A stretch of DNA of 64,000 nt from Octopus vulgaris (lineage: Eukaryota), in NCBI GenBank assembly GCA_951406725.2, contig OX597817.1, positions 49,600,001 through 49,664,000 on the forward strand, given 5' to 3'. A program made the translations under genes and the position numbers. Under the pieces are notes generated by a model. That model worked only from the letters and a program-made list of their open reading frames with translations, did not search any database and was not told the origin of the DNA. Positions 13,242 to 25,787 of this stretch are shown here, piece after piece. Numbering within the stretch: the stretch's first letter is position 1; each line of letters begins with the position of its first letter.

Positions 13242-13693
13242 ATGTAAAAGCTTTGTTGTGTTAAGTACTGGCTGTCACAAAAGTATTAAAATACATATAT
13301 ACATTCTTTGATAATAATAAGAGAATGTTAAAAACAGTTTACAAGAAAGTATTCAACATACCATGCAGTGGGACTGAACCTGGAACCAAGTGGTTGGGAA
13401 GCAAACTTCTTACCACACAGCCATGCCTGCATTCATGTGTGTGTATGTGTAAGCACGTATTCTTTTATTCTTTTACTTGTTTCAGTCATTTGACAGCAGC
13501 CATGCTGGAGCACCACCTTTAGTCGATCAAATTGACCCCAGGACTTATTCTCTGTAAGCCTGGTACTTATTCAATCAATCTCTTTTGCTAATCTGGTACG
13601 TTACAGGGACGTGAACACACCAACATTGGTTGACAAGCAATGATGGGTGGTGGAGACAAACACAGACACAAAAAGATATACATAGATACATAC

Positions 13694-13726
<33 letters not shown>

Positions 13727-13847
13727 CGATGGGCTTCTTTCGGTTTCTGTTTACCAAATCCACTCACAAGGCTTTGGTCAACCCAAGGCTATAGTAGAAC
13801 ACACTTGCCCAAGGTTTTTTTTGTTTTTTTAAGCCTGGTACTTGTTC

Positions 13848-14247
13848 TTCTCTACGCTAGGCACAAGGCCTGAAATATTTGTGGAGTTGGGGGCCAGTCA
13901 ATTAGATCGATCCCAGTATGCAAATGGTACTTAATTTATCAACCCCGAAAGGATGAAAGGCAAAATCGACCTTGCCGGAATTTGAACTCAGAACGTAGCG
14001 GCAGACGAAATACCTATTTCTTTACTACCCACAAGGAGCTAAACACAGAGGGGACAAACAAGGACAAACACACAGATTAAGTCGATTACATCGACCCCAG
14101 TGCGTAACTGGTACTTATTTAATCGACCCCGAAAGGATGAAAGGCAAAGTCGACCTCGGCGGAATTTGAACTCAGAATGTAACAGCAGACGAAATACGGC
14201 TATGCATTTCGTCCGGCATGCTAATGATTCTGCCAGCTCACCGCCTT
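13848..14247 (-). mobile_element. Dimeric family B SINE inserted in a family A SINE
   Basis: Head+body+tail1 joined to body+tail2; TSD gcctggtactt(g/a)ttct at ~13833 and ~14249. Confidence 0.75.
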
Positions 14248-14390
14248 AGCCTGGTACTTATTCTATCATTTCTTTTGCTGAACTGCTAAGTTACAGGCAT
14301 GTAAACACAGTAAAACTGGTTGTCAAGCAGTTGTGGGACATACACACACACACAGAAAGGCACACACACACACATGCACACACACATATA

Positions 14391-14609
14391 AGAGGCGGGG
14401 GGATGAAGAGTTCCTGACTCTAAGGGTACCATGAATGTCATGGTTGGAAGCCCAACCATCCAAGTTCTTTTACAGCGCTGAGAAAAACCGAAGGACCACT
14501 GCAATAAATGTGTGAATCTGAGAGGGGTATATGTCGTATAAAATCATAATCAACTGATCATCCTGTATTTCCTTATACCCAAAGCCAGGAACTTTTCAGT
14601 ACTCCCTCA
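14391..14609 (+). mobile_element. Mariner-derived MITE
   Basis: Imperfect TIRs gagg..tgaagagttcctgactctaagggta / tacccaaagccaggaacttttcagtactccctc; internal NKCVNLRGVYV* transposase C-terminal remnant; TA-rich flanks. Confidence 0.7.
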
Positions 14610-15005
14610 TTTATATGATGGGCTTCTTTCAGTTTCCATCGACCAAATCCACTCACAAGGCTTTGGTCAGTCCGAGGTTATAGTGAAGACATTTGCCTTG
14701 GGTGCCACAGAGTGGGACTGATCCCAGAACCATTAGGTTGGGCTGCAAATTTCTTACCACAAAGCCACTCCTACATCAATTCTTTTATTCTTTTGGTCTT
14801 TGACTAAGGCCATGCTGGAGCACCACGTCAAAGGGTTTTAGTCAAAGAAATTGACCCCAACACTTATTCATTATCAGTCTATTTTGCTGAACTGCTAAGT
14901 TATAGGGATGTGAAAACTCCAACATCGGTTGTGAAGCAATGATGGGGAGACGAGCAGAGACACAAAGACACACACACATAAATATATAATAGTTATATTA
15001 ATACC

Positions 15006-15448
15006 TCGGGAGAGATATGCAGTAATATATATCTGGAAGATCCTGGAAAGAATTATGACAATGTTTGGCATTGAAGGCTACACCAATGCCAGAACGAGAC
15101 AACACTGCATAGTGCCAAAGATCCCAGCAATGCCATCACGCTTCAGGACCAGTTACTGCAACAGCCTGGGTTTCAAGGGCCCACAGCTTTTTAATATTCT
15201 CTCAAAGAGTCTGAGGAACTTGCACAAATTTGATGTAGGGGTTTTTAAATCAAAGTTGGACATCTTCCTGTCGAGAATCCCAGATGAACCTACCTCATGG
15301 CTAGAGGTGCAAATGAGAGTAGCTACATCAAACTCCATTCTTCACCAAGTGCCTCATATTAGACGAGGTCCTTAGTAATAACAGTGTAGGAAAACAGTGG
15401 TGCATCAGCATGGCTGCAGCTCTGAGCTGAAACTAGAGAGAAAAAGTA
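15006..15448 (+). pseudogene. 3' fragment of CR1-type LINE
   Basis: RERYAVIYIWKILE, YCNSLGFKGPQLFN; homologous to 62840-63286 including the tail. Confidence 0.85.
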
Positions 15449-15859
15449 ACTATGGAAGACTGGTGGAAATATTATTTATATGGACTTCAAGGGCTAGGTT
15501 GCTATTTAGTTAGATAATTTAGGAGTTGGTTATAGATTTACTAAGTGAATTTATTTACTGATACTGTTTTTGTACATAGGGTAAAAGTGTTTCGTTTGTT
15601 GTAGTTTAATTAATAATGTTAGTGTTTAATCCTTTCTAGAATTAAGATTTAATGACTGGTGATATCCAAGGTATGTTTGTTCCCAAACAACACTTATTTT
15701 AGTGCTGTTGATACTACCAGATTGAATGGTACTGCCCAGGTGTCGAAACCATAGTGATATCTGTGGGGCATCTGATGATGGAGGTATGTTCGATTGTTGG
15801 TATGGCTGTTATTGTATGTGCAGAATAGCTTTATAAGACATCTATTTGATATGTAGTTT

Positions 15860-16265
15860 CTTACTTCTTTACTGCCCACAAGGGGCTACACACAGAGGAG
15901 ACAAACGGATTAAGTTGATTATATCAACCCCAGTGTGTAACTGGTACTTAATTTAACGACCCGAAAAGGATGAAAGGCAAAGTCGACTTTGGCGAAATTT
16001 AAACACAGAATGTCGCGGCAGACAAAATACCTATTTCTTTACTACCCACAAGGAGCTAAACACAGAGGGAACAAACAAGGACAGACAAACGGATTAAGTC
16101 GATTATATCAACCCCAGTGTGTAACTGGTACTTAATTTAACGACCCCGAAAGGATGAAAGGCAAAGTCGACCTTGGCGGAATTTGAACTCAGAACATCAC
16201 GGCAGACGAAATACCGCTAAGCATTTTGCCCAGCGTGCTAACGATTGTGCCAGATCACCGCCTTT
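15860..16265 (-). mobile_element. Dimeric family B SINE
   Basis: Same junction gaaatag|gtatt as 13848-14247; TSD-like gatat(g/a)tagtttct at ~15849 and ~16277. Confidence 0.75.
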
Positions 16266-16847
16266 TGATATATTTGATATATAGTTTCTGTCTACCAAAT
16301 CCACTCACAAGGCTTTGATCAGCCCGAAGCTATAGTAGAAGACACTTGCACAAGGTGCCATGCAGTGGGACTGAACCTGGAACCATGTGGCTTGGAAACA
16401 AGATTCTTACCACAAACTACTCCTCTACCAGAGTTATTGTATGTTTTCGTTTCATCGTTCCATTCAAGTGTCAGCCTCCTCTTGTATTTTCTCTTCAGCA
16501 AGAAACAAAGGAATGAACCAAATATGTTATTTTCTAAGATGTCTTACGTAACTAAACAGTCAACAGTTTTGATCAACTCTATCTCCGTGAGATAATATCT
16601 TTAAATGGCCTGAAACAATCCCATAAATGGCAAATTCTTGGAAGATGACATAGTGCCTGCTAAGCTTCAATGCATTCTTATTTTGAAGATTTTTAAGAAA
16701 TTCAGAACCGATTCTTATTTCATTTTGCTGTTGTTGTTGTTTTTGTTTACTGTTTTCGAACATTCTTTAAGAACCATCTTCTCTTTGCACATCCTATCTA
16801 TCTATCTATACAAACTGTATGAGGAGGATGGAAATGTGTGTGTGTGT

Positions 16848-16935
<88 letters not shown>

Positions 16936-17564
16936 TGCATGTGTAGATAGATAAAGAGAGAGAGAGAATTAGATAGATTGACAGATAGGTAGATAGATTG
17001 ACAGAGAGAGAGATAGAAATGTAGGTAGCTAGGTGTGTAGATAGGTAGGTAGGTTGTTAAGTAGGTAGGTAGGTAGGTAGGTAAGTAGGTAGATAGATAG
17101 ATAGATAGATAGGTAGATAAGTAGAACTAACTGTTTATGTCTTTATATATACAGCTAGAAATATATCTTTATATATATGTGTGTATACATACATACGTGC
17201 ACACATGCACACACCGATGTGTGTGTATACATATATATACATATAATTTCAACAATTGAGGGTAAAATTAATTAATTATTAATCAATTTCACCAAGTGTT
17301 CAGTATGCAAAGGGACCATTTAAGGCGAATTCAAATTATTACATTATATAAAAGGGCTTAGTAAAATAAATTACTTCGCCGCATACTGAACTCATTAGAA
17401 ATAGCAGCTAAAAAACTTTTTTAAAGCTATTTCTAATACTTAAAGAAAATCTCTCTCATATATAGTGTTTGCTTAATTCAACTCACAAAAGTTTGGGGTT
17501 AAGGACATCAAAAAATCAAATGCTAAGGTTGTGTATATGGTTGTGTATAAGGTTGTGTATAAGG

Positions 17565-18051
<487 letters not shown>

Positions 18052-18613
18052 CAAAAGAAAGAGAGATTCTGTTTACATGTCATGCTCTCACAAATATGTT
18101 TTCTAAACAGTAAACAGTACTTTTACAATGAACTCTGTAACAATAATATTTCCCATGCCAAGCAATTTGTTTTGCCAAAAGATTGTGGAAAATAACAACA
18201 GATTTGAAATACTCTTTTATGCTGCTGGCATTTTGTTTTTATCGTCTTTTCTGTTCCATCTTCATACGTTAATCTTTGAAATTCTGATATCATGCAGGTT
18301 TTTTGCTCTTAGTTCATGCCATTAACTTAAAACTTCATAACAATGAAAATATTATGTAATAATAAGTAAGTCTTTTATTCTTTTATTTCTTTCAGTCATT
18401 TGACTGCGGGCCATGCTGGAGCACCGCCTTTAAGTCTAGCAAATCGACCCCCAGGACTTGTTCTTTGTAAGCCTAGTACTTATTCTATCAGTCTCTCTGA
18501 CTGAACCACTATGTAAATACACCAGCATCGGTTGTCAAGCAATGGTGGGGGGACAAGCAAAGACACACACACAAATATATATGTATATATATATATGTGT
18601 GTGTGTGTGTTTA

Positions 18614-18698
<85 letters not shown>

Positions 18699-19378
18699 AT
18701 ACGAAGGGCTTTTTTTAGTTTCCGTCTACTAAATCCACTCACAAGGTTTTGGTCGATCCAAGGCTGTAGTAGAAGACACTTGCCCAAGGTGCCACGAATG
18801 GGACTGAACCCAGAACCATGTGATTGAGAAGCAAGCTTCTTACCACACAGCCACTCCAGTGCCCATAAGTAAATAAATAAATAGATAAATAATTGAATAT
18901 ATACTGGTTTCAAATTTTGGTACATATATACAAGTATACTTACGGGAGAATTCACAAAAAAACAAAAGATGAAGACAGGTGGTGTAGAAAACAAACAGAT
19001 GTATTAGTATAACGCTCGGGAATTGAAAAAGTTTTTAACATTTTGAGCCTATGCTCTTCCACAGAAAGGAACATAGAAAGAAACAAGGAGAAAAAAATGT
19101 GTGTAGTGGCTAGCGATCTATCTATATGTACACTTACATATATATACATACATATATATATATATATTTGTGTTTGAGTGTCTGTGTTTGTCACCCCACC
19201 ATCGTTTGACAACCAATGCTGGTGTGTTTATGTCCCCATAACTTAGCAGTTCAGCATAATAAACTGATAGAATAAGTATTAGCCTTACAAAGAATAAGTC
19301 CTGGAGTTCTTTGACTAACACCCTTTAATGGCCACAGTCAAATGACTGAAATAAGTCAAAGAATAAAAGAATAAATGA

Positions 19379-19409
<31 letters not shown>

Positions 19410-19449
19410 TAGATAGATAGATAGATAGATACATACATACATACATACA

Positions 19450-19485
<36 letters not shown>

Positions 19486-19503
19486 TATACATATATATAC
19501 ATA

Positions 19504-19564
<61 letters not shown>

Positions 19565-19582
19565 GTACATACATACATACTT

Positions 19583-19624
<42 letters not shown>

Positions 19625-19645
19625 TCATCATCATCATCATCGTTT

Positions 19646-19699
<54 letters not shown>

Positions 19700-21154
19700 A
19701 GAAAGTGTGAGAGAGAGAGAGAGAGCAATAATATCATTGTGATACTGGACATGATAAATGGGGCATTTAAACTACAAAATATGCATGTTACAGAGCATCC
19801 TTTAACCTAGTGGCATGAAAAGAGCCCTTTGAGGACATATCCTAATTCTTGGAAAACGTTTGTTCTCGAGCAGAAAATAATTGCACAAAACACACAACAA
19901 ATAAATAAAAAATAAAAAAATAAACGACATGGCTTTATAAATTATACATTCTCACTCACTCACTCCCACACACATACAAACATGTTCTGAGATACGCAGA
20001 CGCAAATACTTAATTATATAATTATATGCTGTGGGAACATAGCCAACACCCAAGGTTGATTACAGCTACTCACTCTGGCATGAAAGTACTGAAAACTAAA
20101 AGGCAAATACACAGTAAATGGGGAGTAGATTCTAAAAGCAAAATAAATAGATAAATAATTTATCTTTTATCTTCTACTTGTTTCAGGGATTAGACTCAGG
20201 CCATGCTGGGGCACCGCCTTGAAAGGTTTTACACACATGAATTGACCCCGTTCCTTTTTTTTTTAAAAAAAAGAGCTTGGTACTTATTCTCTCACTCCTT
20301 TTGCTATGCTGCCCTGCTACAGGGATGTAAACAAACTGACACTGGTTGTCAAGCAATGATGGGCAGCAAAGACAAACACAAAGATATACACATATAAATG
20401 CATACTTATATACCGACAGGCTTCTTTCAGTTTCCTTCTACCAAATCTACTATGGCCCAAGTCTATAGTAGAAGGCACATCCCCCAAGATAAAACTACTC
20501 TATATTTTCGGGATGAGGAATTATGTAAATTATTTACATAAATAATGGACAAAGAACACCACTGGAAAATACAAAATTAAATGAGGCTGCATATATGCAA
20601 GGACACAATAACCTCCTAAGCAGACCTAGGAGGTCTTATGAAAAAAAGACATTTGTATTACAAAGCCAGAGCTGGTTTCAGCCGGGTTCGTAACAAAAGG
20701 GTTAATGTAGGGCCCCAGCTAGGTTGTAACTCAATGATTGAAACAAATACAAGCTGAAAAATAAATATGTGCCTCTGGTGAAAGGAAACTGATAGAAGCT
20801 GACAACATACAAAAGTTCAAGTGTGGTTATCAGTTAACATAATTTTTAACTAGATTATAGCAGTTTTGAATACGGCTTTCAAGAATCTAGAATAAAATTA
20901 TTTATGACTAAGGGAGATATTTCATTGTGTTTGTGTTAGTTTTAGAATGAATAAGGTATTCTACATTCTGTTTTCTAAGTGTTTTAAAGGACCGAGAGAG
21001 AGATTGGTAAACAGAAAGGAAGCGGGGTAACTGACTGTTAAATGCTGTCTCAGAAAAAGGAAAGAAAAAATATTCTATCCCATGCTAATGTGGAAAAACA
21101 AACATAAGATGAAGTAGATGAGGATGAAAATGACAACGATGATGGGGTAGGGGT

Positions 21155-21768
21155 GGGCAGTGCCAGTTGTGGTGGTGGTGGTGGCAATGGTGGTGGTGGC
21201 AGTGGTGGTGGTGGCAGTGATAGTGGTGGCAGTAGTGGTGGCAGTGGTGGGGGGTGGCAATGACGATGATGATGATGACAATAAATAATGGAGATGATGA
21301 TGATGGGGAGCAGTGGTGGTGGTAGGAGTGACAGTGGTGGCAGTGGTGGTGGTGGCAGTGGTGGTGGTGGCAGTAGTAGTGGTGGCAGTAGTGGTGGCAG
21401 TGGTGGGGGGTGGCAATGACGATGATTATGATGACAATAAATAATGGAGATGATGATGATGGGGGAGCAGTGGTGGTGGTAGGAGTGACAGTGGTGGTGG
21501 TGGCAGTAGTAGTGGTGGCAGTAGTGGTGGCAGTAGTGTTGGCAGTGGTGGGGGTGGCAATGACGATGATGATGACAATAAATGATGGAGATGATGATGA
21601 TGGGGAAGCAGTGGTGGTGGTAGGAGTGACAGTGGTGGCAGTGGTAGTGGTGGTGGTGGCGGTGGTGGTGGTGGTGATGCTAATGATTGACGATGATAGG
21701 GATGAAGGTTATGATGATGGTGACAATGAGGCAGATAGATGAAGATGACAAGGATGATGACGACAACA

Positions 21769-21800
<32 letters not shown>
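21155..21800 (+). repeat. (GGT/GAT) low-complexity tract with ~150-bp higher-order repeat x3
   Basis: gggtggcaatgacgatgat...acaataaat(a/g)atggagatgatgatgatgggg recurs at ~21250, ~21405, ~21550. Confidence 0.85.
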
Positions 21801-22739
21801 AGAGATATATTAACGTAGCTAATAAAATATCAATAGAAAATTCATCTACGATTTGGATCATTTGGTATTTATAAATTTTTATTTAGTAGGTGTGGTAAGA
21901 AGCTTGCTTCTCAACCACATGGTTCCAGGTTCAGTCCCACTGCATGGCACCTTGGGCAAGTGTCTTCTACTATTGCCACAGGCCAACCAAAGCAGTGTGA
22001 GTGGATTTGGTAGGCGGAAACTGAAAGAAACCTGTCGTATATATATATATATTTATATATATAACAACAGCAACAACAATAATAATGGTTTCAAATTATG
22101 GCACAAGGCCAGCAAATTTAGAGGAAGTGGAATTTCAGCCAATTAATCAACCCCAGAGTTCAACTGGTACGTATTTTATCAACCCCAAAAGGATAAAAAG
22201 CAAAGCTGACCTTAGCAGAAATTGAACTCAGGGCGTAAAGACAAACAAAATTCTGCTAAGCATTTTGCCCCATGTGCTAATGATTCTGCCAGCTTGCCAC
22301 CTTTTGTTTCAAATTTTGGCACAAGGCCAGAAATCTCAGAATAGGGTGTAAGTCAATAAGAATAGGTTACTCTTTTACTCTTTTACTTGTTTCAGTCATT
22401 TGACTGTGGCCATGCTGGAGCACCGACTTTAGTTCAGCAAATCAACCCCAGAACTTATTCTTTGTAAGCCTAGTACTTATTCTATCAGTTCCTCTTTGCC
22501 GAACTGCTAAGTTACAGGGACGTAAACACACCAGCATCGATTGTCAAGCGATATTGAGGTGACAAACATAAACACACAAACGTAAAATCCACTCACAAGG
22601 CTTTGGTCGGCCCAAGGTTATAGTAGAAGACACTTGCCCAAGGTGCCATGCAGTGGGACTGAATCCAGAACCATGTGGTTTGTAAGCAAGCTACTCAACA
22701 CAGAGCCACTCCTACGCCCTTGATATTAAGGCCTTTGAT

Positions 22740-22966
22740 ACCAACCTGTCTGAGACCGTTATATCAGGTCTGTTGTGCTTACATTTTATTGAGGTCTTCA
22801 CTGGTACATTCCTCCAGTATTCCTTTTCCTTATGAGTGGCTATAGCTTCTACCATATTGTGGGTTCTTATTTCTTTGTACTCGGGATTATCCTCCCAACG
22901 GATTTCATTATAGAGTGTCCTAGCTACAATGTCATGTCTCATCGGTAGATGATACCTTGATGACAT
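22740..22966 (-). pseudogene. Restriction-like endonuclease fragment of an R4/Dong-type non-LTR retrotransposon
   Basis: RHDIVARTLY...YWRNVPVKT...HNRPDITVSDR (RHD and RPD motifs). Confidence 0.75.
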
Positions 22967-22971
22967 TTGTG

Positions 22972-23005
<34 letters not shown>

Positions 23006-23009
23006 TGAA

Positions 23010-23300
23010 GCAAAGCATATGGACTCTGCATTAGCCTAGACAAGACTGTTGTAATGTTCCAGCCTGCACCATATGTGAAACCAGCTATCTTGGTTGAAGG
23101 AACAATACTGAAAGTGGTAGACAAGTTTGTCTACCTAGGCAGCACACTCAGCCGTTCTTTTGGTTTGCAATGTTTGCAGTTGTGTATGCTTGTCAAGAGC
23201 AGGGCTCATTAGGAGCTGCAAATGCAAAATTTAAGTTAATCCTAGAGCGCACAATGTTCATTATGATCAAAAATGGTCTTCTTCAGTGACGAGTGGACGG
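23010..23300 (+). pseudogene. RTE-type LINE fragment, internally deleted
   Basis: AYGLCISLDKTVVMFQP...LKVVDKFVYLGSTLS then LVCNVCSCVCLSRAGL (C-terminal Zn-finger-like). Confidence 0.7.
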
Positions 23301-23333
23301 CCATTGTATATATATGTATGTATTATGTATGTG

Positions 23334-23383
<50 letters not shown>

Positions 23384-23817
23384 TATATATATACTCATAT
23401 TTTGCATTCGGCTTTCTTATTTCACTAAACTACACTTTCTGTGTGTGTGTGTGTTTGTGTATATACATACATATATATATATTTGTATATGTAAACATGT
23501 GCTTATGTATGATGCAGAACAAAACAGGAGAGTTTGTTTATATTATATATTCTCTTGTTTTGTTTTGTTTGCTATATGTACTCTGTGACCTACATCACTG
23601 TAGATTCAAAGTGACTAAATCAGGAACTGCTATACAAGACTTCTCCACAGTTTTCCATCGGATACACGAAAGTTCATACAGAGTCGTAAGTATTGCTCAT
23701 TTGTTATATAACTGAAATTGAAATTATGCTTTCCATCTAATTATATAAATGTCTTTCATTATCTTTTTTATAGAGCCAAAACAATGCAAGTTATACAAAA
23801 TAATACAGGTCAACGGT

Positions 23818-23984
23818 ACATTATTTATATTACTTACATTATTTACATTTGACAGATATTTGTCCTCATCTTGTTTATTGTTAACACAACATTTCAGCTA
23901 ATATACCCTCCAGCCTTCATCAGGTATCTTGGGGAAATTTCGAACCTGGGTTCTCATTCCTGAGGTATTTTTCGATGTTATTAC

Positions 23985-24034
<50 letters not shown>

Positions 24035-24272
24035 TCACAGCCTGGAATCGAACTCAGAATCTTAGGGTTAGTAGCCCACGCTCTTAACCACTATGCCATA
24101 TGCCCATGGGCATATGGCGTAGTGGCTAAGAGCGCAGGTTACTAACCTCAAGATTTCGAGTTTGGGCAGATGGCATAGTGGTTAAGAGCATGGGCTACTA
24201 ACCCCAAGATTCCTAGTTCGATTCCAAGCAGTGACTTTAATAATAATAATAATAATAATAATGATGATGATG

Positions 24273-24326
<54 letters not shown>

Positions 24327-24514
24327 CCGAAAAATACGTTAGGAATGAGAACCCAGGTTCGAAATTTCCCCAAGAAACCTGATGAAGGCTGGTGGGGTAT
24401 ATCAGCCGAAACGTGTTAACAACAAACAAGATGAGGACAAATATCTGTCAAATGTAAATAATGTAAATAATATAAATAATGTACATAATTCCTCATTTTT
24501 TAAATATAGAACTG
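23818..24514. mobile_element. Head-to-head inverted pair of tRNA-headed, hammerhead-carrying SINEs (family D) flanked by a 14-bp TSD
   Basis: A-box TGGCATAGTGG 24171-24181, B-box GTTCGATTCC 24216-24225, (TAA)n, HHR 24376-24417(+) and 23884-23927(-); symmetry centre 24106/24107; TSD tacaggtcaac(g/a)gt at 23804-23817 and 24515-24528. Confidence 0.8.
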
Positions 24515-24529
24515 TACAGGTCAACAGTT

Positions 24530-25075
24530 TTTAATTTTACCTTATATTTCAAGATTTCAGGTTTAGGACCCTTTCTTCAAGAAATCCTCAGAGAAATAAT
24601 GTTGTTTGTTAGCTAATGCCTTTGTTCTGATGAGTGTGTATATATGAAAGGCTGTTTTGCATTGCATTGTCGTCAGTTCAGATCTGTTGTTAATATGTAG
24701 GTTGTACTTTAAGGCAGCGAGCTGGCAGAATGGTTACCATGCTGGGTAAAATGCTTGGTGGCATTTCATCCATCCTTATGTTCTGGGCTCAAATTCTGCC
24801 AAGTTTGACTTTGCCTTTCATCCTTTCAGGGTTGATAAAATAAGTACCAGTTGAGCACTGGGGTTGATGTAATCAGCTTAGCCCTTCCCCTGGAAATGCT
24901 GGCCTTTTACCAAAGTCTGAAACCAATATGTCGGTTGTGCTTGTTAATTATCATAGCTTCTTTTATTCTCAAGTTCCCAATGTTTCTATAGCTTAGACGG
25001 AAACCTGGATGTCTTGGGTGTAGCATTTCTGTAGGTGTTTTTGACATCAGAAGCATTAGCATAAATGTGCTCTTT
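24530..25075 (-). mobile_element. Penelope-like element 3' end (GIY-YIG C-terminus plus hammerhead), interrupted by a family B SINE (24711-24925)
   Basis: With the SINE and its TSD removed, minus strand reads NLRIKEAMIINKxNxHINNRSEL...FLKKGS*; HHR atttc-TTGAAGA-a-agg..cct-GAAA-tctt-gaaat at ~24546-24586. Confidence 0.55.
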
Positions 25076-25658
25076 AACTCCTACATCATCATCATCATCA
25101 TCATCATCATCACCACCCCCATTAGGTAACCATTATACTCTTGGAGTGGTTGGCATTAGGAAGAGCATCCAGCCAAAGAAACTAGGCCAAATCAGACTGG
25201 AGCTTCGTACAGCTGTTCAGTTCACCAGTTCCTGTTAAACCATCTAACCCATGCCAGCATGGAAAATGGACACTAAATGATGATGATGATGATTCAATGC
25301 TGGCTGACATGTATGTGTATGTATATATATATATGTATATATATACATACTGGGACTCTGTTGGTTACAACAATGAATGTTGGTTACAACAACAGCCTGC
25401 ACATGAAATTAACGTGCAAGTGGCTGAGCACTCCACAGACATGCATAGTTTTAATGTAGTTCTCAGGGAGATTCAGCAAGACACAGAATATGACAAGGCT
25501 GGCCCTTTGAAATACAGGTTCTACTCATTTTTGCCAGCTGAATGAACTGGAGCAATGTGAAATAAAGTGTCTTGCTCAAGAACACAATGTACCACCAGGT
25601 ATCGAACTCATGATCTTAAAATCTTCAACCAAATGTTGTAACCAATTTGCCATACGCC

Positions 25659-25704
<46 letters not shown>

Positions 25705-25787
25705 CACATGTGCATGATTTTAATTTATACTTAGCTTCAGTTTCAGAGTTCTCTCTCTTTTATTTCTTGACAAGGATTATCATTAAC

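Noticed and set aside
17355-17410. HHR-like CTAATGAG...CGAAG on the minus strand
   Set aside because: Two core mismatches and no adjacent stem I; too degenerate to call.
24164-24236. Functional tRNA gene (ACT anticodon); likewise the tRNA-Arg-like head at 3081-3155
   Set aside because: Acceptor stem does not pair and the heads run into SINE bodies.
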